A DNA stretch of 13,163 nt, from IMG/VR virus record IMGVR_UViG_3300045988_075523, positions 1 to 13,163 of that record. One strand, given 5' to 3'. Shown piece by piece: positions 5,864-13,025 of this stretch. The position numbers and the translations under genes were made by a program. The notes beneath the pieces were generated by a model that was not told the DNA's origin, made no database searches, and was given only the letters and a program-made list of their open reading frames with translations. Numbering within the stretch: position 1 is the first letter of the stretch; every line of letters starts with the position of its first letter. Source of the stretch: a virus.

Positions 5864-6997
5864 ATGCAAACTAATCAGATTTACGGGCTTATTAACAGCC
5901 TTGCACAGCAGAGTATGGGAGAAAGCGCTATCACTGTTACAGATACAGCGTCGCTTGTATCTCTCGGCAATGCAGTCTTATCCAGTAACACAAACACAGA
6001 CGCGTTTACGAATGTCCTTGTGCAGAGAATTGCGCGGACTATCGTATCATATCGTGCCTATAGCAATCAGTTAGGCAACCTAGCAAAAAGCAATATTGAG
6101 TGGGGAGCTATCGTGCAGAAGTTGAAAGTGGCAATGCCGAAAGCGACAGAGGACGAAACCTACAACCTTGTAGACGGTCAAAGCGTTGATATGTTTAAGG
6201 TATCGAAGCCGACGACAAAGCAGAAATTCTTTGTAAAGCGTACGCCTTACAACTTCTTTGTAACTTTTCAGCGCGTAGCAATTCGCGAAGCATTTACAAG
6301 CGTTGACGCTTTCGGGGCATGGGTTTCCGCGGTATATGGAGAAGTGCAGAATAAGTTGGAGCTTTCAAGCGAGAACGAGGGGCGCGCCGCAATGGCTAAC
6401 ATGGCGGGGCAGGTTTACAATGCCGCAAAGCCCGCGCAGGTGGTGAAGTTAATTACACTTTATAAAGCAGAAACGGGAAAGACCGTTACCCGTGCCAACT
6501 ACAAAAGCGACTCCGATTTTATGCGCTTTTGCATGCGCAGGTGGAAAGAGGACAGCAAAAACATGCGTTCTATGTCAACTTCCTACAACGCAGAGGGCGA
6601 AGAAAGACACACGCCCGAAGAATTGCAGAAGTTTGCTTGTCTTAACTCTTTCATGGTCGCAATGGAAACTAATGTTTACTATTCGGCGTTCCATGACGAA
6701 TACTTAAAGAAAGTGGTTAACTTAGAGATACCATATTGGCAGGCAGAGCAGACAAGGGACGCTATCTCTGTTAAGATTGAGGACGGAACAGAAGAAAGCG
6801 GCACAAAAGAAGTGCAGATTAACGGGCTTGTTGCTATGATGTTTGATACTGACGCGCTCGGCACGTTCAAAGAAGAAGTGGAAACATTGAACACGCCTAT
6901 TAACGCGGCGGCAAGGTATTGGAATACATATTGGCATGCCGAAAAGTTATGGTTTAACGACTTGTCTGAGAACTGTATTATTTACACCCTTGAATAA
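5864..6997 (+). CDS. Major capsid protein, phi29 gp8-like (377 aa)
   Basis: ATG at 5864 after GGGGAAAGGAAG. FTNVLVQRIA and RYWNTYWHAE parallel phi29 gp8 FITSLVDRIG and LYWNYYYHVW (recalled). The position after the scaffold gene fits. Confidence 0.8.
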   Translation: MQTNQIYGLINSLAQQSMGESAITVTDTASLVSLGNAVLSSNTNTDAFTNVLVQRIARTIVSYRAYSNQLGNLAKSNIEWGAIVQKLKVAMPKATEDETYNLVDGQSVDMFKVSKPTTKQKFFVKRTPYNFFVTFQRVAIREAFTSVDAFGAWVSAVYGEVQNKLELSSENEGRAAMANMAGQVYNAAKPAQVVKLITLYKAETGKTVTRANYKSDSDFMRFCMRRWKEDSKNMRSMSTSYNAEGEERHTPEELQKFACLNSFMVAMETNVYYSAFHDEYLKKVVNLEIPYWQAEQTRDAISVKIEDGTEESGTKEVQINGLVAMMFDTDALGTFKEEVETLNTPINAAARYWNTYWHAEKLWFNDLSENCIIYTLE

Positions 6998-7013
6998 TGC
7001 TTTCCCAAAGCGC

Positions 7014-7021
7014 TTGAAACA
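7014..7021. promoter_or_regulatory. parS half-site-like TTGAAACA
   Basis: Matches 7 of 8 bases of the right parS half GTGAAACA. It lies 6 nt upstream of palindrome copy 4, the same order as at 5532/5556. Weak on its own. Confidence 0.25.
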
Positions 7022-7027
7022 TTAACA

Positions 7028-7042
7028 GTTCAATAATTGAAC
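7028..7042. promoter_or_regulatory. 15-bp palindrome copy 4 (GTTCAATAATTGAAC)
   Basis: Exact 15-mer, 15 nt upstream of the ATG at 7058. Confidence 0.8.
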
Positions 7043-7057
7043 GGAAAGGCGGTTGCA

Positions 7058-8449
7058 ATGGTTGATATAACCTTTTACACGTTTGAAAAAAGAAGAAACA
7101 GTACAAAGCAACCGCCCGCAGATGCGGGAACGGTTGTGAAGTGCGACTTCAAAAGCCAAGTGCAGGTAGATGCGCCAATTTTTATGATTGAATGGGAGAG
7201 TGTGCCACAGTGGAATTATTGCAAAATGTTCAATAATTTTTACTACATCACCGATATTACAATAGTACGCGATAAGTTGTACTTGGTGCGGTGTGTTTTG
7301 GACGAACTGGCGACTGCTAAAACTGACATTGGAAACACGGAAGCGTTTATTCTGTATTCAGCGAGTAAATACACAAAACTCGCGCAGGACAACCGTTTAT
7401 GTATTCTTCCATATGGGGACTGGAGCGAGCGAAAAATCACTTTTTATCCGCCGTTATCTTTGATTGGTACTTTCGTATTGTCGGCAGTGGGTAAGGGAGA
7501 GAAAGCATATAACTTTACCACTGGCATGTGCCGCTCTTACTTCATGGACTATACGCAGATGCAGGCATTTGTAAACAACTTTACTTCTACCGAAGTATGG
7601 ACAACGTTAAAGCAGTATTTTACCAATCCCGTAGACGCAATAGCTGATATGTACTGGCTACCCGTTCCAGTCGATACGCTTACAGACACAATCGTTACAA
7701 CGGTTAAGTTAGGAGAGTATGACACGGGAGTAAATGCTAAGTGCTTAAAAAATCCGTTAATGACGTCAAGAGCAATAGGAAAAAATTTGACTATTCCTTG
7801 GAAGTATGACGATTTTCGCAGATGTTCCGAATGGTCGCGACTGCTTATGTTTCACCCGCTTATAGGGTTGACAGAGTTAAACGCAACGGAGTGGATTTTA
7901 GAGGATAGCATAAATTGCGACACGTATATTGATTTTATCAGCGGCGCAGTAACAGTGGAGTTAAAAAGCGACATAGGAAGCGACGCGGGGCGCGTGAAAC
8001 ATCAAATTTTAAGCGGAAATTGTCGTGTTAATCTCCCTTACGGCAGAACAGACAGCCGTATAGGACAACTTATAGGCTCTCTCGGAAATATTGGCAATGC
8101 GCAACTATCCATTGCGACGGGCAACGCGACGGGAGCTGTTGGCAACCTTGCAGGCGCTCTTACACAGTTTGCAAAGCCGATTGGAAGCAGTGTAAACGGG
8201 TCTTTTAGTGGCTCATATATACCCGTCATAGCTGATACAAATATCCATATGTATGTATACAGCTATGAGGGCACGACAGAGCCCGAAGCAATAGCGACTA
8301 TCATGGGACGCCCATTTTTTCAAGTCGATAAGATAGGCAATCATAGCGGATTTATACAGACGCAAGACGCAAGTGTGAGCGCTTCCTTTGACGCGCCAAT
8401 TATTGACCGTATTAACGCGGCACTGAATGGGGGTATATTCTATGAGTAA
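7058..8449 (+). CDS. Tail knob / distal tube protein, phi29 gp9-like (463 aa)
   Basis: ATG at 7058 with GGAAAGG SD. N-terminal FYYITDITIVRDKLYLVRCVLDELATAKTDI parallels gp9 WFYAFVTELEF..VHFEIDVLQTW. A Gly/Ala-rich loop (GSLGNIGNAQLSIATGNATGAVGNLAGAL) resembles the gp9 membrane-active loop. C-terminal GFIQTQDASVSASFDAPIIDRINAALNGGIFYE parallels [33 protein letters not shown] (recalled). Confidence 0.75.
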   Translation: MVDITFYTFEKRRNSTKQPPADAGTVVKCDFKSQVQVDAPIFMIEWESVPQWNYCKMFNNFYYITDITIVRDKLYLVRCVLDELATAKTDIGNTEAFILYSASKYTKLAQDNRLCILPYGDWSERKITFYPPLSLIGTFVLSAVGKGEKAYNFTTGMCRSYFMDYTQMQAFVNNFTSTEVWTTLKQYFTNPVDAIADMYWLPVPVDTLTDTIVTTVKLGEYDTGVNAKCLKNPLMTSRAIGKNLTIPWKYDDFRRCSEWSRLLMFHPLIGLTELNATEWILEDSINCDTYIDFISGAVTVELKSDIGSDAGRVKHQILSGNCRVNLPYGRTDSRIGQLIGSLGNIGNAQLSIATGNATGAVGNLAGALTQFAKPIGSSVNGSFSGSYIPVIADTNIHMYVYSYEGTTEPEAIATIMGRPFFQVDKIGNHSGFIQTQDASVSASFDAPIIDRINAALNGGIFYE

Positions 8450-9404
8450 AAAAGACAAAAGCCGCTCTTGGTGGCAGGCAATCAAAGAAGCGTGCGGCGT
8501 AAGGCCTACTGATGTGAACGGGCAGGACACCTTGCGGACACAGTTCTATTTTTCAGAGCTGTTGGAGCTTGTGAAAGGGCGCTTCAAGATTGACTGCCCC
8601 GACGAATGGGACAAAGATTTCATTCTTAACCAATTAATTTTAGCAGGCTTCTTTGGTGTGACTGATACACCGCTTGGCGTCGTTCCCTGCATATGCGCGC
8701 CGAAAGGTCTTAATATTTTTCAGCGCCCAAATAGTTTTACAATCAGCGGTGCGGAACTTGTAAGCGCTATCGCGGGAAGTGACTTAGAGAGAACGCTCGG
8801 CGTTGACGGGGCACTTGTATATCTACGGAGTAGCGGATATTCTTTTCAAACACTCGTGCCGCTCTTGCAAGTATACGCGGAGAAGTTGGCAACGTGTGAC
8901 GCGTCCATAGATGTTTCCTTAATAAACAGCCGTGTTGCTTATGTATTCGAGGTGGCAGACGGGAAGCAGGCAGAGGACGCCAAAAAGTTATATGGGAAGA
9001 TTTCAAGCGGTGAGCCCGCGGTATTTATGCGCTCTAACACTAATCCTGCCGTTGCACTCTCCACAGATAGTGGCTTCAACTTCCACATAAACAATGTGAA
9101 AAATGCCTTTATTGCGGGAGAAGTGCAGGACGTAAAGCGGACGATTTACAACGAATTTTTGACACGCATAGGACTTAATAACGCCAACACAGACAAGAGA
9201 GAACGATTGAATAGCGACGAAGTGAACGCGAATAATGACGAGATAAAAGCGGCGGTAAGCTATTGGAAGAAAAATCTTGAGAAATGCTGTAAGGAAGTAA
9301 ATAGGCTTTTTCCCGATATTACTTTTAATATCACCATTGAGGAGAGTGAAAGCGGTTCAATTATTGAACGCGGAGAGGAGAGGAGAGAAAGTGAAGTTAA
9401 TTGA
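8442..9404 (+). CDS. Portal / upper collar connector, phi29 gp10-like (320 aa)
   Basis: ATG at 8442 overlaps the upstream stop. IYNEFLTRIGLNNANTDKRERLNSDEVNANNDEI parallels gp10 [34 protein letters not shown] (recalled). Acidic C-terminal tail. Confidence 0.85.
   Translation: MSKKDKSRSWWQAIKEACGVRPTDVNGQDTLRTQFYFSELLELVKGRFKIDCPDEWDKDFILNQLILAGFFGVTDTPLGVVPCICAPKGLNIFQRPNSFTISGAELVSAIAGSDLERTLGVDGALVYLRSSGYSFQTLVPLLQVYAEKLATCDASIDVSLINSRVAYVFEVADGKQAEDAKKLYGKISSGEPAVFMRSNTNPAVALSTDSGFNFHINNVKNAFIAGEVQDVKRTIYNEFLTRIGLNNANTDKRERLNSDEVNANNDEIKAAVSYWKKNLEKCCKEVNRLFPDITFNITIEESESGSIIERGEERRESEVN
9355..9369. promoter_or_regulatory. 15-bp palindrome copy 5 (GTTCAATTATTGAAC), inside the portal 3' end
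   Basis: Exact 15-mer encoding SIIE in the portal tail, 21 nt upstream of the GTG at 9391. Confidence 0.8.
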
Positions 9405-9969
9405 CCTTTGCGAGATTTACGCGATAAACAGCGGCGCAGGAAGTAACTATAACGCAATCTTTGCGGATATAGAACTGGACAGCCGCTTGCAGATTAGCGA
9501 CTTTTGCAACCTGCTGTTTCAGCGCTACGGCAACGCTGAGCCCGCTTACAACACTACCAACGTGTTTAAGCTCTTTTCAGATGCTTGGTTTAAGAGAAAC
9601 GCCGACACGATACAACGTATACTTGACGCGTTGGAACTGGATTACAATCCTATTGAAAACTACGACAGACATGAAAAAATCACAAGAGCGCAGGACACGG
9701 GCGGGACGGTTACTGGAACGGGACACGCAACTGACGACTTAAGCGCGTTCAATAGCGGCGCTTATGTGAAAAACACACAAGCGGAGAACAGCAACGAAAC
9801 GAAAAGTATAGGAACGGAGAACGAAACAACAACGAATGAAACACACGGAAACATAGGTGTCACGACGTCCCAACAGATGCTAACAAGTGAGATTGAATTG
9901 CGGCGCTACAATCTGCTCGAGTGGATAGTGGATAAGTACAGCGGAGAGCTTTTGAGCTCGGTTTATTAG
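9391..9969 (+). CDS. Putative lower collar / head-tail adaptor protein (192 aa)
   Basis: GTG start 5 nt after GGAGAGGAGAGGAG, preferred over the SD-less TTG at 9337. The gene follows the portal as gp11 does in phi29. LDYNPIENYDR motif. Function is by synteny only. Confidence 0.45.
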   Translation: MKLIDLCEIYAINSGAGSNYNAIFADIELDSRLQISDFCNLLFQRYGNAEPAYNTTNVFKLFSDAWFKRNADTIQRILDALELDYNPIENYDRHEKITRAQDTGGTVTGTGHATDDLSAFNSGAYVKNTQAENSNETKSIGTENETTTNETHGNIGVTTSQQMLTSEIELRRYNLLEWIVDKYSGELLSSVY

Positions 9970-9984
9970 AGAGGAGTTGAGAAC

Positions 9985-10815
9985 ATGGCATACGGGGCTT
10001 TTGAGTTTCCAAACGCGTCTTTTTATGACAGCGACTTACGGGAACTATTGGCAATGTATAAAAAGTTAGTATCCGAATATGACAGCATTTTATCAACAGT
10101 CGAAGCATTAAACAAAAAAGTTAATGATTTATACAACTATGTTGATGCGGAGATTGCGGAAGCGGTAAAAGCCGCACTCGCGGAAGTCAATGCTAAGATT
10201 GTAGCTATCAATGAAAAGATAGCAACGATTAACGGTATTCTTACCGCACATGAAGAAAAGATAAACAACTTAAAGCAGTACACCGACACGCGCTTTACCG
10301 AGGAAAGAAACATCACAGATAGCACGATTGAGCAGACACGGAAAGAGATTGAAGCGGATATACGAAAGTTAACCGTTGAATTTTCCGCGGACTTGTTGAA
10401 GTTGTGGGAGTATGTGCAGGACTTATCTTTTACTCTCCCGCCTATTTATAATCCCGTAACGGGGAGATATGAAGCGATACCAAAAGCGGTAGATGACATA
10501 TGGAACGCCGTGCGCGTTCATGCTTTGACGGTTGCGCGGTATAGCGCGGACGCGTTGACGGTAGACGAATATAAGGCGCTCATGCTTACGGCAACAGAGT
10601 ACGCAGTAAAGGGACGTTCAATTATTGAACTGCCCGAAGCGCTCAACCGTTTGGCAGGTAACTGGACAACGGTAAATAATGCAATAGCGAGCGCGGGCCA
10701 AGTGGGTGCAGTAAACAGTTTGAGCGCCGCGGAGTATGCCGCCTTGAACTTAACCGCAGACGCGTACAGCGCGGAAAAGTTATCAGTTTCACAATATGAT
10801 TTTAACGGCGTATAA
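9985..10815 (+). CDS. Putative tail fibre / appendage protein with coiled coil and LTxxEY decapeptide repeats (276 aa)
   Basis: GAGAGGAG SD. Heptad-like helical region at aa 25-135. Six 10-aa units L(T/S)xx(E/A/Q)Yxxxx at aa 181-210 and 246-275. Sits in the phi29 gp12 position. Confidence 0.45.
   Translation: MAYGAFEFPNASFYDSDLRELLAMYKKLVSEYDSILSTVEALNKKVNDLYNYVDAEIAEAVKAALAEVNAKIVAINEKIATINGILTAHEEKINNLKQYTDTRFTEERNITDSTIEQTRKEIEADIRKLTVEFSADLLKLWEYVQDLSFTLPPIYNPVTGRYEAIPKAVDDIWNAVRVHALTVARYSADALTVDEYKALMLTATEYAVKGRSIIELPEALNRLAGNWTTVNNAIASAGQVGAVNSLSAAEYAALNLTADAYSAEKLSVSQYDFNGV
10616..10630. promoter_or_regulatory. 15-bp palindrome copy 6 (GTTCAATTATTGAAC), internal to a CDS
   Basis: Exact 15-mer encoding SIIE in the same frame as copy 5. 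No start codon or SD lies downstream. Confidence 0.75.
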
Positions 10816-10842
10816 GCCGTAAAAGAAAGGAGATAAACATAT

Positions 10843-11256
10843 ATGTTTACTAACAAAACTAAAAACTACAACTTGCCGCAGTATCTCGGCACGGATAAGG
10901 CAGAATGGCTTGACAACAACGCCGCTTTTGCTACGATTGATACAGCACTGAAAGAAGCGGCACTTAACGCAGAAAGTGCGGGAAGCAATGCCACCAACGC
11001 CGCGACAGTGGCGGCGCAGGCACAGAGCGCCGCAGACAACGCGCAGGCTACTGCTACAAGAGCGCAGTCTACCGCAGACACAAACGCAAGCAATATAGCG
11101 GGTCTTAATACACGCGTGGCGCAGGTGGAAACGGGAGTTGCAAACAATAGTAGAGCGCTCGGCGGTTTTTCCTTTGTGGCATTAACACAGACACAATATG
11201 ATGCGCTTGAAACAAAAGACCCGAATACGGTCTACTTAGTAAAGGCAGGTGTATAA
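10843..11256 (+). CDS. Putative fibre protein (137 aa; Ala/Gln-rich helical shaft)
   Basis: AAAGGAG SD. N-terminal YNLPQYLGTDKAEWLDNNAAFATID and C-terminal LTQTQYDALETKDPNTVYLV are typical of Gram-positive phage fibre proteins. It shares the LTxxQYDAL motif with the upstream gene. Confidence 0.45.
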   Translation: MFTNKTKNYNLPQYLGTDKAEWLDNNAAFATIDTALKEAALNAESAGSNATNAATVAAQAQSAADNAQATATRAQSTADTNASNIAGLNTRVAQVETGVANNSRALGGFSFVALTQTQYDALETKDPNTVYLVKAGV

Positions 11257-11257
11257 C

Positions 11258-11677
11258 ATGGGAGTTAAAGTTGGAGCAAGTGAAGTGGGCGTATACTTAG
11301 GCGCGGAGAAGTTAGCAGGACTTGACGGCGTAGTGACATTAGCACCGTTTCAGCATAACAAGAGAACTAACACTTACAGTTATTTATACTTTGATTGCGG
11401 AGAGGGTGCTACTTTGCATATATCGGGCGTTACTCTTGGTAGCGGCTCAGAGTTACATGTAAGAGTAGGTGACGACTTGACCTTTGACGACGCTAATGAA
11501 AACACTTTAACGGGCTTAGCTCTTGGAAATATCGCAAGCGGTGAAGAAAAAGATTTCGCTGTGTCGGGGCATAGATATGCTTCCATTCAGTATATCAACA
11601 CAAGCGGAACGGCACAGAGATATGGTGCAAGCGGAAGTTGCACTATTAGCGGAGCGCAGGCAGTAAAGGCGCAGTAA
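11258..11677 (+). CDS. Hypothetical beta-rich protein, possible receptor-binding or fibre-tip module (139 aa)
   Basis: ATG 1 nt after the upstream stop. Gly/Ser/Thr/Val-rich composition. Lies between the fibre genes and the lysis cassette. Function is a guess. Confidence 0.3.
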   Translation: MGVKVGASEVGVYLGAEKLAGLDGVVTLAPFQHNKRTNTYSYLYFDCGEGATLHISGVTLGSGSELHVRVGDDLTFDDANENTLTGLALGNIASGEEKDFAVSGHRYASIQYINTSGTAQRYGASGSCTISGAQAVKAQ

Positions 11678-11686
11678 GGAGTAGTC

Positions 11687-11917
11687 ATGAATGATATTTT
11701 AACTATGGTATCTACCGTGGGTTTCCCCACGGTAGCATGTATCGGTATTGCGTGGTTTTGCAAGTATACAAACGACAACTACCGCGAGGACTTAAAGGAA
11801 GCAAACATCGAACACAAAGCGGAAATGAATAAAATAACGGAAGCCTTAAACAATAACACGATAGCACTTACAAAGTTGTGCGAGCGTATGGAGAAAGGAG
11901 AAGACAAAGATGCTTGA
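11687..11917 (+). CDS. Holin, BhlA/UviB-like (76 aa)
   Basis: TAAGGAG SD. One N-terminal TM segment (VSTVGFPTVACIGIAWF) followed by a charged helical tail (YREDLKEANIEHKAEMNKITEAL), like BhlA. Overlaps the endolysin start. Confidence 0.7.
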   Translation: MNDILTMVSTVGFPTVACIGIAWFCKYTNDNYREDLKEANIEHKAEMNKITEALNNNTIALTKLCERMEKGEDKDA

Positions 11918-12614
11918 GGGGTACGACATTTCACACCATCAACGAAACTCGACAGTTGCAGAATTGCACGAAGATGCGGATTTCTTTATATGCAAGGCGA
12001 CAGAAGGCGCGACTTACAAAGACCCTAAGTTTTTAACACATATCAACGAAGCGCTTTCCTATGGAAAGTTAATAGGAGCTTATCACTTTGCACGCCCCGA
12101 AAAACGACCGACAACAGAGGGCGCGAAAGTTGAAGCCGCTAATTTTGTTAGAACGGTAAGCCCTTTTATTGGTAAATGCTTGTTCGCGCTTGACTGGGAA
12201 ATGACTGCATGGAACTATGACTTGTCATGGGCGCGTGCGTGGCTCGATGAGGTTTACCGACTTACGGGAGTAAGACCCGTGATGTATTGTCACATCAATA
12301 AAACAAACAGATGCGAGGAGATTGTAAGCGGCAACTATGGCTTGTGGGTAGTGTATTGGGGCAAGAATAGCGGCGCGGAGATTGAGCTTCCTAAAGAAAA
12401 AATTGCGACTTGGCGGACTTGGGCGCTTTGGCAGTGGACGAGTAAACCGCTTGACCGTGATAAATTTAACGGAAATGTTGAGCAGTGGAAGAAGTATTGC
12501 GCGAGCGACTTGAAAGAGAATGACGAGGGAGCAGAAGAACACTTTTGCGGATGCGAGTTTTGCAAGGACTTTGAGAAGTTCGCAGAGGAACACGGGTACA
12601 AGAAAACAGAATAA
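11910..12614 (+). CDS. Endolysin, GH25 muramidase (234 aa) with a short Cys-containing C-terminal tail
   Basis: GYDISHHQ, FFICKATEGATYKDPKF, GAYHFARP, LFALDWE and LDRDKFNG match GH25 (Cpl-1 / LysA-type) signatures. No SH3, LysM or choline-binding repeat recognised. The tail contains CGCEFC. Confidence 0.88.
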   Translation: MLEGYDISHHQRNSTVAELHEDADFFICKATEGATYKDPKFLTHINEALSYGKLIGAYHFARPEKRPTTEGAKVEAANFVRTVSPFIGKCLFALDWEMTAWNYDLSWARAWLDEVYRLTGVRPVMYCHINKTNRCEEIVSGNYGLWVVYWGKNSGAEIELPKEKIATWRTWALWQWTSKPLDRDKFNGNVEQWKKYCASDLKENDEGAEEHFCGCEFCKDFEKFAEEHGYKKTE

Positions 12615-12629
12615 TGTTTCACTTGAACA
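12615..12629. promoter_or_regulatory. Degenerate parS-like site (TGTTTCAC-TTGAACA)
   Basis: The left half is perfect. The right half has one substitution and one deleted A. It also forms a small hairpin (aatgtt/aacatt) just after the lysin stop. Confidence 0.3.
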
Positions 12630-12641
12630 TTAAGACAAAAT

Positions 12642-12676
12642 AAAGACCTACACGGTAAAGTGTAGGTCTTTCTTTT
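12642..12676. terminator. Bidirectional rho-independent terminator
   Basis: 12-bp stem aaagacctacac / gtgtaggtcttt with loop ggtaaa. cTTTT lies on the + side and an A-run upstream (T-run on the - strand). It sits between the convergent lysin gene and the right-end gene. Confidence 0.85.
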
Positions 12677-12685
12677 AGGTTATAA

Positions 12686-12931
12686 TTAAATTCTAAACAT
12701 ATCAACGTGGCTATTGCAGAAAGTTGCTGTTTCTCCGTTCTCTAATGTTATAATTAAATACTCATTGTATTCGTCCCTGCTATTCTCGTCTGTATCAAGT
12801 CCTATCTCTGTTGCTATGTCTCCCGTTACTACCTCATAACCTCTTATTCTGTTATACTTAACCTCTGCTACTTCCTCGCTACTTACTTCATACTTAACTC
12901 CGTTGTAAATCTTAACTTTAACATTTATCAT
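12686..12931 (-). CDS. Hypothetical acidic right-end early protein (81 aa)
   Basis: The only convincing minus-strand gene. AAAGGAAAGG SD, its own promoter and a terminator. 16 Asp/Glu versus 8 Lys/Arg. Confidence 0.7.
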   Translation of the reverse strand: MINVKVKIYNGVKYEVSSEEVAEVKYNRIRGYEVVTGDIATEIGLDTDENSRDEYNEYLIITLENGETATFCNSHVDMFRI

Positions 12932-12966
12932 ATTATTTACCTTTCCTTTCTTTATCTGATATAGTA

Positions 12967-12995
12967 AGTATACACCTTGACGAAGAATAATGCAA
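12967..12995 (-). promoter_or_regulatory. Right early sigma-A-type promoter (leftward)
   Basis: On the minus strand: TTGCAT (12995-12990), 17-nt spacer, TATACT (12972-12967), in the aggTGTATACT context. Confidence 0.65.
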
Positions 12996-13001
12996 GCAAA
13001 A

Positions 13002-13016
13002 GTTCAATAATTGAAC
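13002..13016. promoter_or_regulatory. 15-bp palindrome copy 7 (GTTCAATAATTGAAC)
   Basis: Exact 15-mer just outside the right ITR, 6 nt upstream of the -35 of the right promoter. Centre-to-centre distance to copy 8 is 26 bp. Confidence 0.8.
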
Positions 13017-13025
13017 TACGAATAT

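Noticed and set aside
5565-9390. The longer N-terminal extensions offered by the ORF track (starts at 5565, 5819, 7037, 8427, 9337 and 11249).
   Set aside because: These use TTG, GTG or upstream codons without an SD, and some start inside the 15-bp palindrome or the upstream gene. Downstream ATG/GTG codons at 5589, 5864, 7058, 8442, 9391 and 11258 each have a GGAGG-like SD at 5-10 nt.
12978-12984. Spo0A-box-like heptamers (TGNCGAA): tgacgaa at 12978-12984 in the spacer of the right early promoter and at 6693-6699, plus ttcggca (the reverse complement) at about 3514-3520.
   Set aside because: A 6-specified-base motif is expected about 6 times by chance in 13 kb on both strands. I found only about three, and only one is near a promoter. 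This is suggestive given the parS and phi29 analogy, but not distinguishable from chance.
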